Positions 49,135-58,238 of a DNA stretch of 64,000 bases are shown here, in pieces (the stretch's first letter is position 1; the number at the start of each line of letters is the position of its first letter). The notes beneath the pieces were generated by a model. That model made no database searches and had not been told where the DNA came from. It saw only the letters and a program-made list of their open reading frames with translations. A program made the position numbers and the translations under genes. Source of the stretch: Undibacterium terreum (GTDB lineage Bacteria > Pseudomonadota > Gammaproteobacteria > Burkholderiales > Burkholderiaceae_D); assembly GCF_014636315.1 (NCBI RefSeq), contig NZ_BMED01000001.1:685941-749940 (forward strand). The letters run 5' to 3'.

Positions 49135-50016
49135 ATGAAAAATCTGATCACTGCAACTGCATTGGCTATCGCGGCACTTTCAACAATACCGGCGCAAGCC
49201 TCACCGCTGGCGATTACTTTTGGCGGACAGGTCGCGACTGATGGCTCAGGTCTCACCAGCTCCAGAATTAACGCCAATAATATGCCGACAACCGCGAGCG
49301 GCTATTTTGTGGAGACCTTCGATTCCGCCACACGCAATACGGACTTCCCTGCAGGCCCTAGCTTTTATGCGGGGCAGAATGCGGACGGCGGCAATGCAAC
49401 GGCCCCGAATATCGGCATCCAGCAAAACCACGGCTGCGCCATCAATTCCATAGGCGGTGGCGTTGCAGTCACGGTCACGCAAGGCAGCTTTGCGGTACAG
49501 ACCGGCAATACCTCATCCGGCGCCAATCCCGCCGGTGACAATACCTGTTACGGCTTCGGCCCCGGCCCTGAGCCCCGCGTTGCCGGCACCAATGCGCAGA
49601 TACTGGTGGACTACAATAACTTCCTCGCTCCCGGCGTAAAAATTTCCTACCTGGGCCTGTACTACGGCTCTATCGATACTTACAACGACCTGATTTTTTA
49701 TACCGGCAATGTGTCCATAGGCTTTACCGAAATCGGCTCCCTGACCGGCACCCAAGTGCTCGCTGCCGCCAGCGGCAACTCCGGCAACCAGACTCAACCT
49801 GGCTCCAATGTGTATGTAAATCTTGATTTTGCGGCAGACCAGCAATTCACCGCCTTTGCATTCAGGACCACAGGGATCGCCTTTGAAGTAGACAACATCG
49901 TGGTCGGTCTTTCCAACCGCAGCGATGTACCGGAACCTGCATCACTCACGCTGCTCGGCATAGGCCTGGCGGGATTGGCTACGGCACGTAAGCGCAAAAA
50001 CAAGCATAACAAATAA
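49135..50016 (+). CDS. PEP-CTERM sorting-domain protein (exosortase substrate)
   Basis: GGAGA RBS. Signal peptide. C-terminal VPEPASLTLLGIGLAGLATARKRKNKHNK (PEP motif, TM helix, basic tail). Confidence 0.75.
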   Translation: MKNLITATALAIAALSTIPAQASPLAITFGGQVATDGSGLTSSRINANNMPTTASGYFVETFDSATRNTDFPAGPSFYAGQNADGGNATAPNIGIQQNHGCAINSIGGGVAVTVTQGSFAVQTGNTSSGANPAGDNTCYGFGPGPEPRVAGTNAQILVDYNNFLAPGVKISYLGLYYGSIDTYNDLIFYTGNVSIGFTEIGSLTGTQVLAAASGNSGNQTQPGSNVYVNLDFAADQQFTAFAFRTTGIAFEVDNIVVGLSNRSDVPEPASLTLLGIGLAGLATARKRKNKHNK

Positions 50017-50051
50017 GCATAAAAATTTAAGCTTCTCAGTGTCGTACTTTA

Positions 50052-50075
50052 CCCCGCTGCGGCGGGGTTTTTATT
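50052..50075 (+). terminator. Rho-independent terminator (CCCCGC-tgcg-GCGGGG + T5ATT)
   Basis: Read directly after the PEP-CTERM gene. Confidence 0.7.
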
Positions 50076-50101
50076 GGGTGTTGCTTCGGCAAGGTACGGT
50101 C

Positions 50102-50150
50102 AGAATTCCTGTTGCGCAGCTACACCGGAAGAAATGAATTCTATGGGCAC
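50102..50150 (+). ncRNA. Candidate preQ1-I-like riboswitch aptamer in the yhhQ leader (low confidence)
   Basis: CAGCUACACC at 50117-50126 matches the conserved loop of the B. subtilis preQ1-I aptamer (UAGCUACACC) at 9 of 10 positions. It is flanked by a short P1 (UUCC/GGAA). A competing 7-bp outer helix AGAAUUC/GAAUUCU fits an alternative fold. A weak hairpin plus U-stretch follows (ACGC-tttct-GCGTTT). Confidence 0.3.
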
Positions 50151-50210
50151 GCTTTCTGCGTTTACAATAAAATCACCACTCTCTCATTGCCCGGCTAACA
50201 AATCACCGAT

Positions 50211-50921
50211 ATGACGCGTCCCATCGCCCAGTATAAATACTATGATTTCGTCATGGCCGCTTTTGTCGCGGTGCTGCTGTGCTCCAACCTGATTGGTGCA
50301 GCCAAGGCAGCGCAGGTCACCTTGCCCTTATTCGGCACAGTCACTTTCGGTGCCGGCGTATTGTTCTTCCCCATCTCGTATATTTTTGGTGACATCCTTA
50401 CCGAAGTGTATGGCTACGGGCGTGACAGGCGGGTGATCTGGGCTGGCTTCGGGGCGATGGCATTTGCAGCCTTGATGTCGGTAGTGGTACTGGCGCTGAC
50501 GCCGGCAGCGGATCCCTTCAATAGCGAATACCAGACCCATCTGAAAGCCGTATTTGGAAACACACCGCGCATCATCTTCGGCTCCATGATTGCGTTCTGG
50601 TGCGGCAGCTTCGTCAACAGCTATGTAATGGCGAAAATGAAAGTGGCGATGGAAGGCCGCAAGCTATGGGCGCGTGTGGTCGGCTCTACAGTCTGCGGCG
50701 AGCTGGTGGATTCCAGCCTGTTCTATGTGATCGCCTTCTACGGCATCTGGCCCGACCATCAGTTACTGATCGTGATACTCGCGCAGTACGTGTTAAAAAC
50801 CGGCTGGGAAATTGTGATGACGCCGGTGACTTACCGTATCGTGGCGTTCTTGAAGCGTATGGAGAATGAAGATTATTACGACCGGGATACCAACTTCAAT
50901 CCCTTCAAACTGAAGACCTGA
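50211..50921 (+). CDS. yhhQ: Queuosine-precursor transporter, YhhQ/QueT (DUF165) family
   Basis: FFPISYIFGDILTEVYGYGRDRRVIWAG matches the conserved DUF165 core. About 6-7 TM segments. Confidence 0.8.
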   Translation: MTRPIAQYKYYDFVMAAFVAVLLCSNLIGAAKAAQVTLPLFGTVTFGAGVLFFPISYIFGDILTEVYGYGRDRRVIWAGFGAMAFAALMSVVVLALTPAADPFNSEYQTHLKAVFGNTPRIIFGSMIAFWCGSFVNSYVMAKMKVAMEGRKLWARVVGSTVCGELVDSSLFYVIAFYGIWPDHQLLIVILAQYVLKTGWEIVMTPVTYRIVAFLKRMENEDYYDRDTNFNPFKLKT

Positions 50922-51313
50922 GGAACTGAAGAGCTTGCTGTCCCAATGACCGCAGCAGCTCCGTCGCCGCGCCGCTGAAATTTAAGCTGGACTTATTTAA
51001 GCCAGAACACAAAGAAGTGCCCGCAGCCGCGGCATCTGAAATAGCGGCTGAAGCCCAGGATTTTCATCCAGATTGTGCGACGGAGCCGGCGCAGATCGCC
51101 TGACCCGCATCGTGGACAATCACTCATACCCTACCTTGTCAATGCATATTGAATGGCGAAAGTTTACCTCGCATAGCCATAAGTTGCAATATGGAAATAT
51201 TAACTAAACAAAATAATTAGCCCCAATCCCCGGCCACCAGCCCGGCAGTCTTGCTAGTCCAGCACTTGCCGCGTACCATGGCGCCCATCAGGATTCTTTT
51301 TTCAGGAAGCAGC

Positions 51314-51670
51314 ATGAACAATAGTTTGACCATCGACGAGCTAGACGCGCTACAGCAAATCAGCACTTTGCCAAAACAGGGACGGGCTTCGGCCTGTGTC
51401 GCCAGGAACGCCAAACGCCTGGCCGGACTGAAATTCATCGCCTATGAGAGGGATGGCCGTCTCAGCATTACCGACAAAGGCAAGGAAACACTGTTTATCA
51501 AGAATTGCATAGACGGACTGCGCGCGATCTCGGCAGACCCACTGGCTCCTTTGAGCCATGACGTTGCTAACTTCCTTGGCAAGAAAGGCCATATCGTGCC
51601 CCGCGCCGAGGGCGGCTTTGACATCACCACTCGCGGCAGCGAAAGTCTGGCCGATATAGAAGCGCACTAA
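51314..51670 (+). CDS. Hypothetical protein (118 aa from ATG 51314)
   Basis: AGGAAG RBS before ATG 51314. The tool ORF is extended upstream to 51251. Confidence 0.45.
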   Translation: MNNSLTIDELDALQQISTLPKQGRASACVARNAKRLAGLKFIAYERDGRLSITDKGKETLFIKNCIDGLRAISADPLAPLSHDVANFLGKKGHIVPRAEGGFDITTRGSESLADIEAH

Positions 51671-51739
51671 AAGCAAGCCCCAAGCTAATTCACCGGCAGA
51701 GCCCTGTCCCACAACAGGCCGGGCCTGCACTCACCAGTT

Positions 51740-52648
51740 TCAGCTTTTTACATTCCCAGGTACCAGCGCTGCAATACGCTCCTCTTCGGTCGCAAAGCCG
51801 TGAGGATGCGGTCCCCGCATTTTCATCTCACCCTTAGCCCCCATTGGGCCGCCCGGAGGCGGGCTTGGCGGACGTCCGGCAAAATCATGCGGCATCCCTG
51901 GCGGCGGCCCCTCTCCTGGCGCCGGCGGCCGGTCTATTACCGGATTGGCAGCCTTGTCCACCACTGCCGACAAGCTCGCAACATACTTCCCCGCGCCTTC
52001 GCGCACTGCGCCGATGACGCTGCTACCGGCCATCAAGGCGATGCCGTCATTACTATTGAGGGTTTCGCGCACTCTGCTGCGTTGATAATCCGGTAGCCTG
52101 GTATATAAGAATTCGCTCAAGGCGTCCGGCAGGAAAAATTGCGTGGTCAACATGGTCCGGCTGCCGTCTGCGCTCATTACCTTGAAATGGATATGGGTCG
52201 TCCGCCCTTCATACCAGCCGGGATAGATGGAGCGGAAAGCAGCGATGCCTTGTACATCCGTAGCCAAGCTGCCGCGCAGGAAAGTCGCGCCTTTGGTGCT
52301 GACGGAACGCCCGTCACCCTGCCCTGCATAGCCAGAATAGACGCCCTCTGCATTGCAATGCCAGACATCGACCCGCATTCCCTTCAAAGGGATGCCAGCC
52401 TGATCCAGCACGGTGAGCCTGATTTCCAGCGGCACGCCGTGCAGCCCTTCGGTGATATCGGCGCGTACTTGCCTGGCATCGAAGTAGTAAGGCCCTTCTG
52501 TTGTTTGTGCCGTCAACGGCAGGGCCGCTGGGGCACCCTTGCCCACAGCACGTGCCTCAGCTGCGGACAGGACTGCAACGCCCGCTCCCGCGATGCCGGA
52601 AACCAGCACGCGGCGGCGGCTGGCTTGTATATTCTTATTGTCGTTCAA
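51740..52648 (-). CDS. Tat-secreted intradiol ring-cleavage dioxygenase-like protein with Pro/Gly-rich C-terminal tail
   Basis: Twin-arginine signal ASRRRVLVSGIAGAGVAVLSAAEARA. TEGPYY, DVWHCNAEGVYSGY and WYEGRTTHIHFKV match the intradiol dioxygenase Tyr/His iron-ligand regions. Confidence 0.7.
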   Translation of the reverse strand: MNDNKNIQASRRRVLVSGIAGAGVAVLSAAEARAVGKGAPAALPLTAQTTEGPYYFDARQVRADITEGLHGVPLEIRLTVLDQAGIPLKGMRVDVWHCNAEGVYSGYAGQGDGRSVSTKGATFLRGSLATDVQGIAAFRSIYPGWYEGRTTHIHFKVMSADGSRTMLTTQFFLPDALSEFLYTRLPDYQRSRVRETLNSNDGIALMAGSSVIGAVREGAGKYVASLSAVVDKAANPVIDRPPAPGEGPPPGMPHDFAGRPPSPPPGGPMGAKGEMKMRGPHPHGFATEEERIAALVPGNVKS

Positions 52649-52896
52649 ACCCTGCTCCCCAAAAATGAGCCTCTACTATAGCTTGCAGATGTTTCGCATC
52701 TGTTGCTATAAGGTTATGAAAATGTAAAGCCGGGTAAAGACGAGGAACTCGGAGGCGGCACCGTCAACAGCACGCTGCAAGGACAGAATGGCGAGCCGGA
52801 AGGAACCGGCATGAGAACGGATTTTTCGCGGGCAAGCGGTGAATTGTGGCCATTAAATGCGCTTGTAGAAAGCAAGCGCGTTGCCGTCCTATTGAC

Positions 52897-52924
52897 AACT
52901 TAGGCCAGACTATCGGCCTAAGTT
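52897..52924 (-). terminator. 10-bp hairpin (AACTTAGGCC-8 nt-GGCCTAAGTT) 3 nt after the stop of the 52927 gene; no U-tract
   Basis: Read directly. An extended imperfect palindrome spans about 52892-52929. Confidence 0.4.
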
Positions 52925-52926
52925 GC

Positions 52927-53364
52927 TCAAGACTTGAACTTGCGCATCAATGCATCCAGCTGATTACTGGATGCCGGCGTGACATGTCCATCATCCTGCT
53001 CGGCAGCGTGATGGTCTTCAAATTCTTCCGCCAGATTTTTCCAGCCCTTGGACGCGGCAAAAGCATTGAACTCTTCCGGCGCTTCCAGCACGATCAGTTT
53101 TTCGTCCTGCAGGCCCAGGTCGCCATGCCCGAAGTCCGGCCCCACATAACCCAATGCGCGCAGCTTTGCCAGGATATGGCCAACCAGTACCTTGTCCTGG
53201 TACAGCTTACCCTGCCCCAATGCGGCAGCGAAATCGACATACACGTCAATGATGCCGTAGCCTTCGTCAAAAATCCGTATGCCCTTGATGTCATGCGTCT
53301 TGCCGGATGCGTCCGCAGCCTTGAATGGGCCACTCAGCTGGATATCGTCGTTATCAGTGCTCAT
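52927..53364 (-). CDS. Hypothetical acidic protein (145 aa)
   Basis: Clean ORF. No motif recognised. Confidence 0.45.
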   Translation of the reverse strand: MSTDNDDIQLSGPFKAADASGKTHDIKGIRIFDEGYGIIDVYVDFAAALGQGKLYQDKVLVGHILAKLRALGYVGPDFGHGDLGLQDEKLIVLEAPEEFNAFAASKGWKNLAEEFEDHHAAEQDDGHVTPASSNQLDALMRKFKS

Positions 53365-53433
53365 GAGAACTCAATTCTTTGAAAGTAAATTCAGGCCAGC
53401 ATACACCAAAGTGCAAACCAGGGCCTGTCGCCG

Positions 53434-53955
53434 TCAGCGCGGCTTGCTATAGCCATTTTCTATCCATGCCTCGGCACTGGAGCGGCTAAGCTTGAAGCTT
53501 GCCGCCACCTTAACCTGCGCCAGTTGCTCGCCCATGTCGTCGTAGGCACTGAGCAATGCATACGGATCATCTTCATCCGGCACAATATCCAGGTTGACCT
53601 TGATGGTGGCAGAGTCCAGGTTGATGAACAGGCTCTTGTGCAGCGTGGCATGCAATTGCTGCTCATGCCTGCGTATCACTTCAGATGCTGTCTTGACCAG
53701 CGTGCCAAAAGCATTGGCGTCCAGCGGCTTGGGATTTTTCTTGTCGCGCCCCATGGTCCAGGGGCCGACCAGTGCCGGCTCTGCCTGGCCATCCTGGTAC
53801 ATCGCAACAGCCCAGCCCTCGTCATCGTCATTCTTGATCACGCGCGCGGTCCAGCCCTTGTCGCACCATAGCCGTGCTTCCTGGGTTTTGATTTCTTCTT
53901 CGGGAACGGGAATATCGCCATCCAGATCCGGCGAGGGAGTTGCTTGATTGCTCAT
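53434..53955 (-). CDS. Hypothetical protein (173 aa from ATG 53955)
   Basis: ATG 53955 (MSNQATPSPDLDG...). The tool ORF is extended to 54012. Confidence 0.45.
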   Translation of the reverse strand: MSNQATPSPDLDGDIPVPEEEIKTQEARLWCDKGWTARVIKNDDDEGWAVAMYQDGQAEPALVGPWTMGRDKKNPKPLDANAFGTLVKTASEVIRRHEQQLHATLHKSLFINLDSATIKVNLDIVPDEDDPYALLSAYDDMGEQLAQVKVAASFKLSRSSAEAWIENGYSKPR

Positions 53956-54089
53956 GAAGCGCTGCTTTCGTGGTAGGGCCGCTATGATAGACGATATTTG
54001 CCGGCTACACACGCTTGACTGCTGAGTGGCTTGCTACCACCCCGGAGCCGCAGGCGCATCTGGGGCGGCGCAGTGCTTTGTAAATCCTG

Positions 54090-55250
54090 TCAATTTTGCC
54101 TGAAGCCCTTGTACGCTTTCATTTGCTCCAGCTTGGCCGAGTACAGGTCGCGGTCCGCAATCGTAGGACCATTTTCCAGTGCAATGGTCAAATGCTTGCG
54201 GGCCTCTTTCATGTCGCCCAGGCGCAGGTCGGCAATGCCCAGCCAGAACTGGAACTCATGGTAATACGCGGCACGGCTGACCTCGCGGCTGAACATTTCC
54301 TTGGCAGTCTGGAAATTTCCTTCTCGCATTGCATTAATACCGCGGTCAAAGAAATAGAAAGGCGGATAAGGCTCTATCCTGGTCAGCCTGGCACTCAATA
54401 TCTTGGCCTCGTCATCGCGGCCCAGTTGCCGCAAAAGTTTGGACTGGTTGGCCAGCGCAGCGACATTATCGGGCTCGCGTTCCAGTATCATGCTGAAAAC
54501 TCTGTCGGCCTCGTTCAGGTTGCCATGGGTCTGGTAGATCACGCCCAGCGTGTTGTACGCGCCAAGGAAAGTCGGCGCCTGCCGCACGGCCTCGCGGGCC
54601 CACCAGTAGGCGTCATCGACCTTGCCGTAGGCCAGCGATTCCGCCGCCCGGTTATTCATGTACATGCCGACGATGGTGCTCTCTGCAATGGCTTTTCTTC
54701 TATAACCCAGCGCATCGTCGGGCGGCAGAAAATCGATGATCAGCGGGGGATCGCCGATGGCGCCTATGCGTGAATCCGTCGCCGAGCGGCTCAGCGCCAA
54801 ATTGACATGCCCGCTCAGGAAATTGATATTCCCCTTGCGGCTCCAGGTCTCTTCCACGTACACACTCTGGAACTCGACATTGACGCCCATTTTTTTAGCA
54901 AATGCTGCCGTCATGATAACCAGAGACAAGCAGTTGCCGGTGCGTGAAGCAAATGCCTCAGATGCATTACGGGTCATTGCTGATTCATACTCCAGCCTAA
55001 GCTGCTGCTTGTTATACAGGGCATCGACCAGGGCGCTGGTCGCTCCCTTGGTGCGTATCAGGCGGGCGATGTCGTTATCTGCGTAATGGACCATCTCCTC
55101 GCTGAGGGCGAATACATCGGCAGCATTGATGCGAACGGAAGCAGGTTTGAACAGATTGTCATTGAGTACGGTATCGGCGCGCGGCACCGTGGCAAGGCTG
55201 GCGCAGGCACTCAGCAATGCGCACAAACACAGGATGGCCCAGGGTTTCAT
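54090..55250 (-). CDS. Lipoprotein with transglutaminase-like cysteine-protease core followed by TPR repeats
   Basis: Lipobox LLSAC. Cys nucleophile context GNCLSLVIMTAAFAKKMG with downstream His/Asp. Then 4 or more TPR units (…AYNTLGVIYQTHGNLNEADRVF…). Confidence 0.65.
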   Translation of the reverse strand: MKPWAILCLCALLSACASLATVPRADTVLNDNLFKPASVRINAADVFALSEEMVHYADNDIARLIRTKGATSALVDALYNKQQLRLEYESAMTRNASEAFASRTGNCLSLVIMTAAFAKKMGVNVEFQSVYVEETWSRKGNINFLSGHVNLALSRSATDSRIGAIGDPPLIIDFLPPDDALGYRRKAIAESTIVGMYMNNRAAESLAYGKVDDAYWWAREAVRQAPTFLGAYNTLGVIYQTHGNLNEADRVFSMILEREPDNVAALANQSKLLRQLGRDDEAKILSARLTRIEPYPPFYFFDRGINAMREGNFQTAKEMFSREVSRAAYYHEFQFWLGIADLRLGDMKEARKHLTIALENGPTIADRDLYSAKLEQMKAYKGFRQN

Positions 55251-55509
55251 TTGCTGTCTCCTTTTCCGGCTTGTACAGAATCTTGCCGGCTCAGACGGAT
55301 GAGCTTACACACTGATCTCCGTCAATTAATTATAGAACCCATTTTCGGCAATAGTAGCATCGCAATCCAGAAATGATATGAATCAATATCGCGCATTTTC
55401 ATATTGCGATGCGTCAAATCCTCATTCCAGATTGCAAGTCTTGCACCCCAGATAAACATTGCCGCTAAAACCAGATAGACTTAAGCAATTGAAATCATCT
55501 TCATCTCTT

Positions 55510-55932
55510 ATGACTCCACTCCCTCTCAGGCTACACCCTGACCAGGATCTACGCTTGGCACTGCAGGAGGTGCTGGCACACCATGACGTCACGGCGGCGT
55601 ATGTATTACAGGGCATAGGCAGCCTCAAGCTTGCGCAACTGCGATTCGCCGGAGCACCGGCTGCCACGGAACTGCGTGGCGACCTGGAAATCCTCAGCCT
55701 GGCCGGCTCCCTTTCCGTTGATGGCGCACACCTGCATATGGCCATCGCCGACGCCCAGGGCCGTGTAAGCGGCGGCCATGTCGCTGCGGGCTGCATCGTG
55801 CGCACCACGGCGGAATTGCTGCTGGTGCTGTTGCCTGAATACCAGTTCACGCGTGAACAGGATATGGTGAGCACTTTTGCCGAACTCAGCATACGCAATA
55901 GCATAGGAGTTACCGGAGCCACAGGCAAATAG
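55510..55932 (+). CDS. PPC (DUF296) domain protein
   Basis: AYVLQGIGSLKLAQLRFAG…GHVAAGCIVRTTAELLLV matches the conserved PCC/DUF296 fold signature. The tool ORF starts at an upstream TTG 55459. Confidence 0.55.
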   Translation: MTPLPLRLHPDQDLRLALQEVLAHHDVTAAYVLQGIGSLKLAQLRFAGAPAATELRGDLEILSLAGSLSVDGAHLHMAIADAQGRVSGGHVAAGCIVRTTAELLLVLLPEYQFTREQDMVSTFAELSIRNSIGVTGATGK

Positions 55933-56012
55933 ACAAGGCAAGGGATGGAAAGTTCCGGCGGCGGCAATGCGGTGTGCTGCCTTCGTGGAGCCGGAATTAT
56001 GTGCCGATCAAC

Positions 56013-56972
56013 TTATTCAGCGACTGCGCCGCCGGCAGGCATGGCCGCACGATCAGGGGCTTGATGAGCGGCTAGGTGATCGGCTTGGTGGGCTTGCGAC
56101 TGATGCTGTTTGCGCAAGTCTTCCGTGGTCTCCCCTTTGCCATCCGGGCTCCAGCCTGGCGGCATCAGAAGAAAACCGAAAAAGGCGCGCAGGCTGCGTG
56201 CTGTGAGCAAGTCGCGCAGCAAGGATAGCCACTGGCCACCCTCTATGCGCAGCAGGTTATAACCGGTGACCGGATGCACCAGCCCATATTTGCACGGCAA
56301 CTCAGCACGCTCTTCCCTGTAGGTACCGAACAGGCGATCGAATACAATCAGCACGCCGCCATAATTGGCGTCCAGGTATTCCAGATTGGAGGCATGATGC
56401 ACACGGTGCGCCGATGGCGTGTTGAAGACGTACTCCAGCCAGCCGAGCTTGGGAATCCAGGTCGCATGTATCCAGAACTGGTAAAGCAAATTCAGTGTCA
56501 GCGTTGCCGCTACCACCCCCGGCGTGAATCCCAGCCACATCAGGGGCAGGAAAAACAGCGCCGTGCCGCTCAGCTTGCCGAAGATGCCTATGCGGTAGGC
56601 CGCCGCCAGATTCAGCTCGTTCGGAGAGTGGTGCACTGAATGATTACCCCAGAACCAGCGCACGCGATGAGCGGCCCGGTGGTACCAGTAATAACAGAAC
56701 TCTTGCCCGATAAATAACAGAAAAAATGCCTGCCATCCCTGCAGCGGCACCGTCATCAGACGATGCTCCCACACATAGTTGACGGCTGGCGTTGCGATGG
56801 ACAAGGGCAGGAAAATGGCAATCGCGGTACGCAGGAACAAGTCGCACAGCGAGATGCCCAGCGCCTTCCAGTCATAATCCTGGCGAGCCGACAAGACCAT
56901 GGCTTCCAGCAGCGAAGAAGCCACAACGACCGGCAAGGCGACAAACAACAGGAATTTTTCTATGGGGCCCAT
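56013..56972 (-). CDS. Sterol desaturase / fatty-acid hydroxylase superfamily membrane protein
   Basis: His boxes HRAAHRVRWFW, HSVHHS and HRVHHAS in a 4-TM protein. Confidence 0.8.
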   Translation of the reverse strand: MGPIEKFLLFVALPVVVASSLLEAMVLSARQDYDWKALGISLCDLFLRTAIAIFLPLSIATPAVNYVWEHRLMTVPLQGWQAFFLLFIGQEFCYYWYHRAAHRVRWFWGNHSVHHSPNELNLAAAYRIGIFGKLSGTALFFLPLMWLGFTPGVVAATLTLNLLYQFWIHATWIPKLGWLEYVFNTPSAHRVHHASNLEYLDANYGGVLIVFDRLFGTYREERAELPCKYGLVHPVTGYNLLRIEGGQWLSLLRDLLTARSLRAFFGFLLMPPGWSPDGKGETTEDLRKQHQSQAHQADHLAAHQAPDRAAMPAGGAVAE

Positions 56973-57027
56973 GTCTCTGTATGGTTTTAATGGATGTTCG
57001 TTGGCGATCCGGAATGTCCCGATGGTC

Positions 57028-58152
57028 TCAGCTACTTAAGATACCATATTCAGGCAGCAACTCATGCAATACATAAAACCGGTGCGCCTGCAGACCGTCA
57101 TGAAACAGCTTCCAGTGACTTTTATGAAACTGTGGCGGCAATGGCAATTTGGCATCCTCATTGTCATTGATGTCTTCTTCGGTGCCCAGCGCCATCTCTT
57201 TCCATGAACCTATACCGGACTCCAGATAGTCTACCGGCTCATGGAAGCCAAAGCTGCCGTCTTTGGCCATGTCCAGCCAGCGCACATGGCGCGCATCGGG
57301 ATCTTCATCCCTGATGTCGTTCAAGTGTTTTACCAAGGTCGGCCATTCCGGTGGCAAAGGATATTTTTTATCCAGGTCGGTGGAAGGATTTTCTGCATAC
57401 GCACGGTAGCGGCAAAACCACTGGAACAGTTCTGCAGCGGCATCAGCAAAGTCTTTGGGATTATCGCGGACGATGGTTTCGCCGCGCGCATTTTGATAAC
57501 TCCACTTCAGATAGGGCCGGTCCGGATAGCTGAGCACGGAACCATGGCCCAGCGGCAGCACCGCACCCACCAGACCCTGCACCGTCGCATCCCAGTTCAT
57601 GCCAAACAGGGCCAGCGCTTTTTCACCAAATGTCTGCTCATGGTGCGCATCATTCTCTGCCTGCAGTTTGCGCGCGATATTGAGTTCGCTCTCGAAACCG
57701 GCAAAGCCCTGGTGTGCCCAGGTATCGACAAAAACGTGCGCCGCAATCCCCAGTCGGTATAAGCCATAACGGCGTGCCTGGCGCTCTATCACTGAGCGCA
57801 TCAGCTCTTTGGCCGGCGCGCTATTGGGACGGCACACGCAGCGCTGAGCAAATGCTTCGGTATCCAGCGACGGCGGCGATTCCGGCTTGGGTTCATTGCT
57901 ATTGCCGGGCAAGAAATGAAAAGGCAGCCACACCCTATGGTTGGACAGCATTTGCATATTATTGTAATCGAGCATCTTGTGCGCCGAGGCAATGCGTTCA
58001 TACAACATGCCATTGTCAAACCATATTTCGCCGTTGTTGGTGGCATCGTCCACATATTGAGCACTATGGGCAATGATATCGGCCTCTTCGAATCCGAATC
58101 CGGCCAGGCGGGCGACGATATAGGTTACTCCGTGATGGAAGTCGATTTGCAT
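57028..58152 (-). CDS. Zinc-dependent phospholipase C-like (PLC/S1-P1 nuclease superfamily) protein, tentative
   Basis: N-terminal DFHHGVTYIVARLAG and spaced His/Asp clusters (AHSAQYVDD, HVFVDTWAHQGF) resemble the Zn-ligand pattern of bacterial Zn-PLC-like proteins. No signal peptide. Confidence 0.45.
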   Translation of the reverse strand: MQIDFHHGVTYIVARLAGFGFEEADIIAHSAQYVDDATNNGEIWFDNGMLYERIASAHKMLDYNNMQMLSNHRVWLPFHFLPGNSNEPKPESPPSLDTEAFAQRCVCRPNSAPAKELMRSVIERQARRYGLYRLGIAAHVFVDTWAHQGFAGFESELNIARKLQAENDAHHEQTFGEKALALFGMNWDATVQGLVGAVLPLGHGSVLSYPDRPYLKWSYQNARGETIVRDNPKDFADAAAELFQWFCRYRAYAENPSTDLDKKYPLPPEWPTLVKHLNDIRDEDPDARHVRWLDMAKDGSFGFHEPVDYLESGIGSWKEMALGTEEDINDNEDAKLPLPPQFHKSHWKLFHDGLQAHRFYVLHELLPEYGILSS

Positions 58153-58238
58153 GCTCTGCCCTGATGAGGTGAAGTAAAGCCAGCTACCGTAAGCTATAAG
58201 CTACGCCGGTGACAAGGAATGGCTCTCAATGTATAGGA

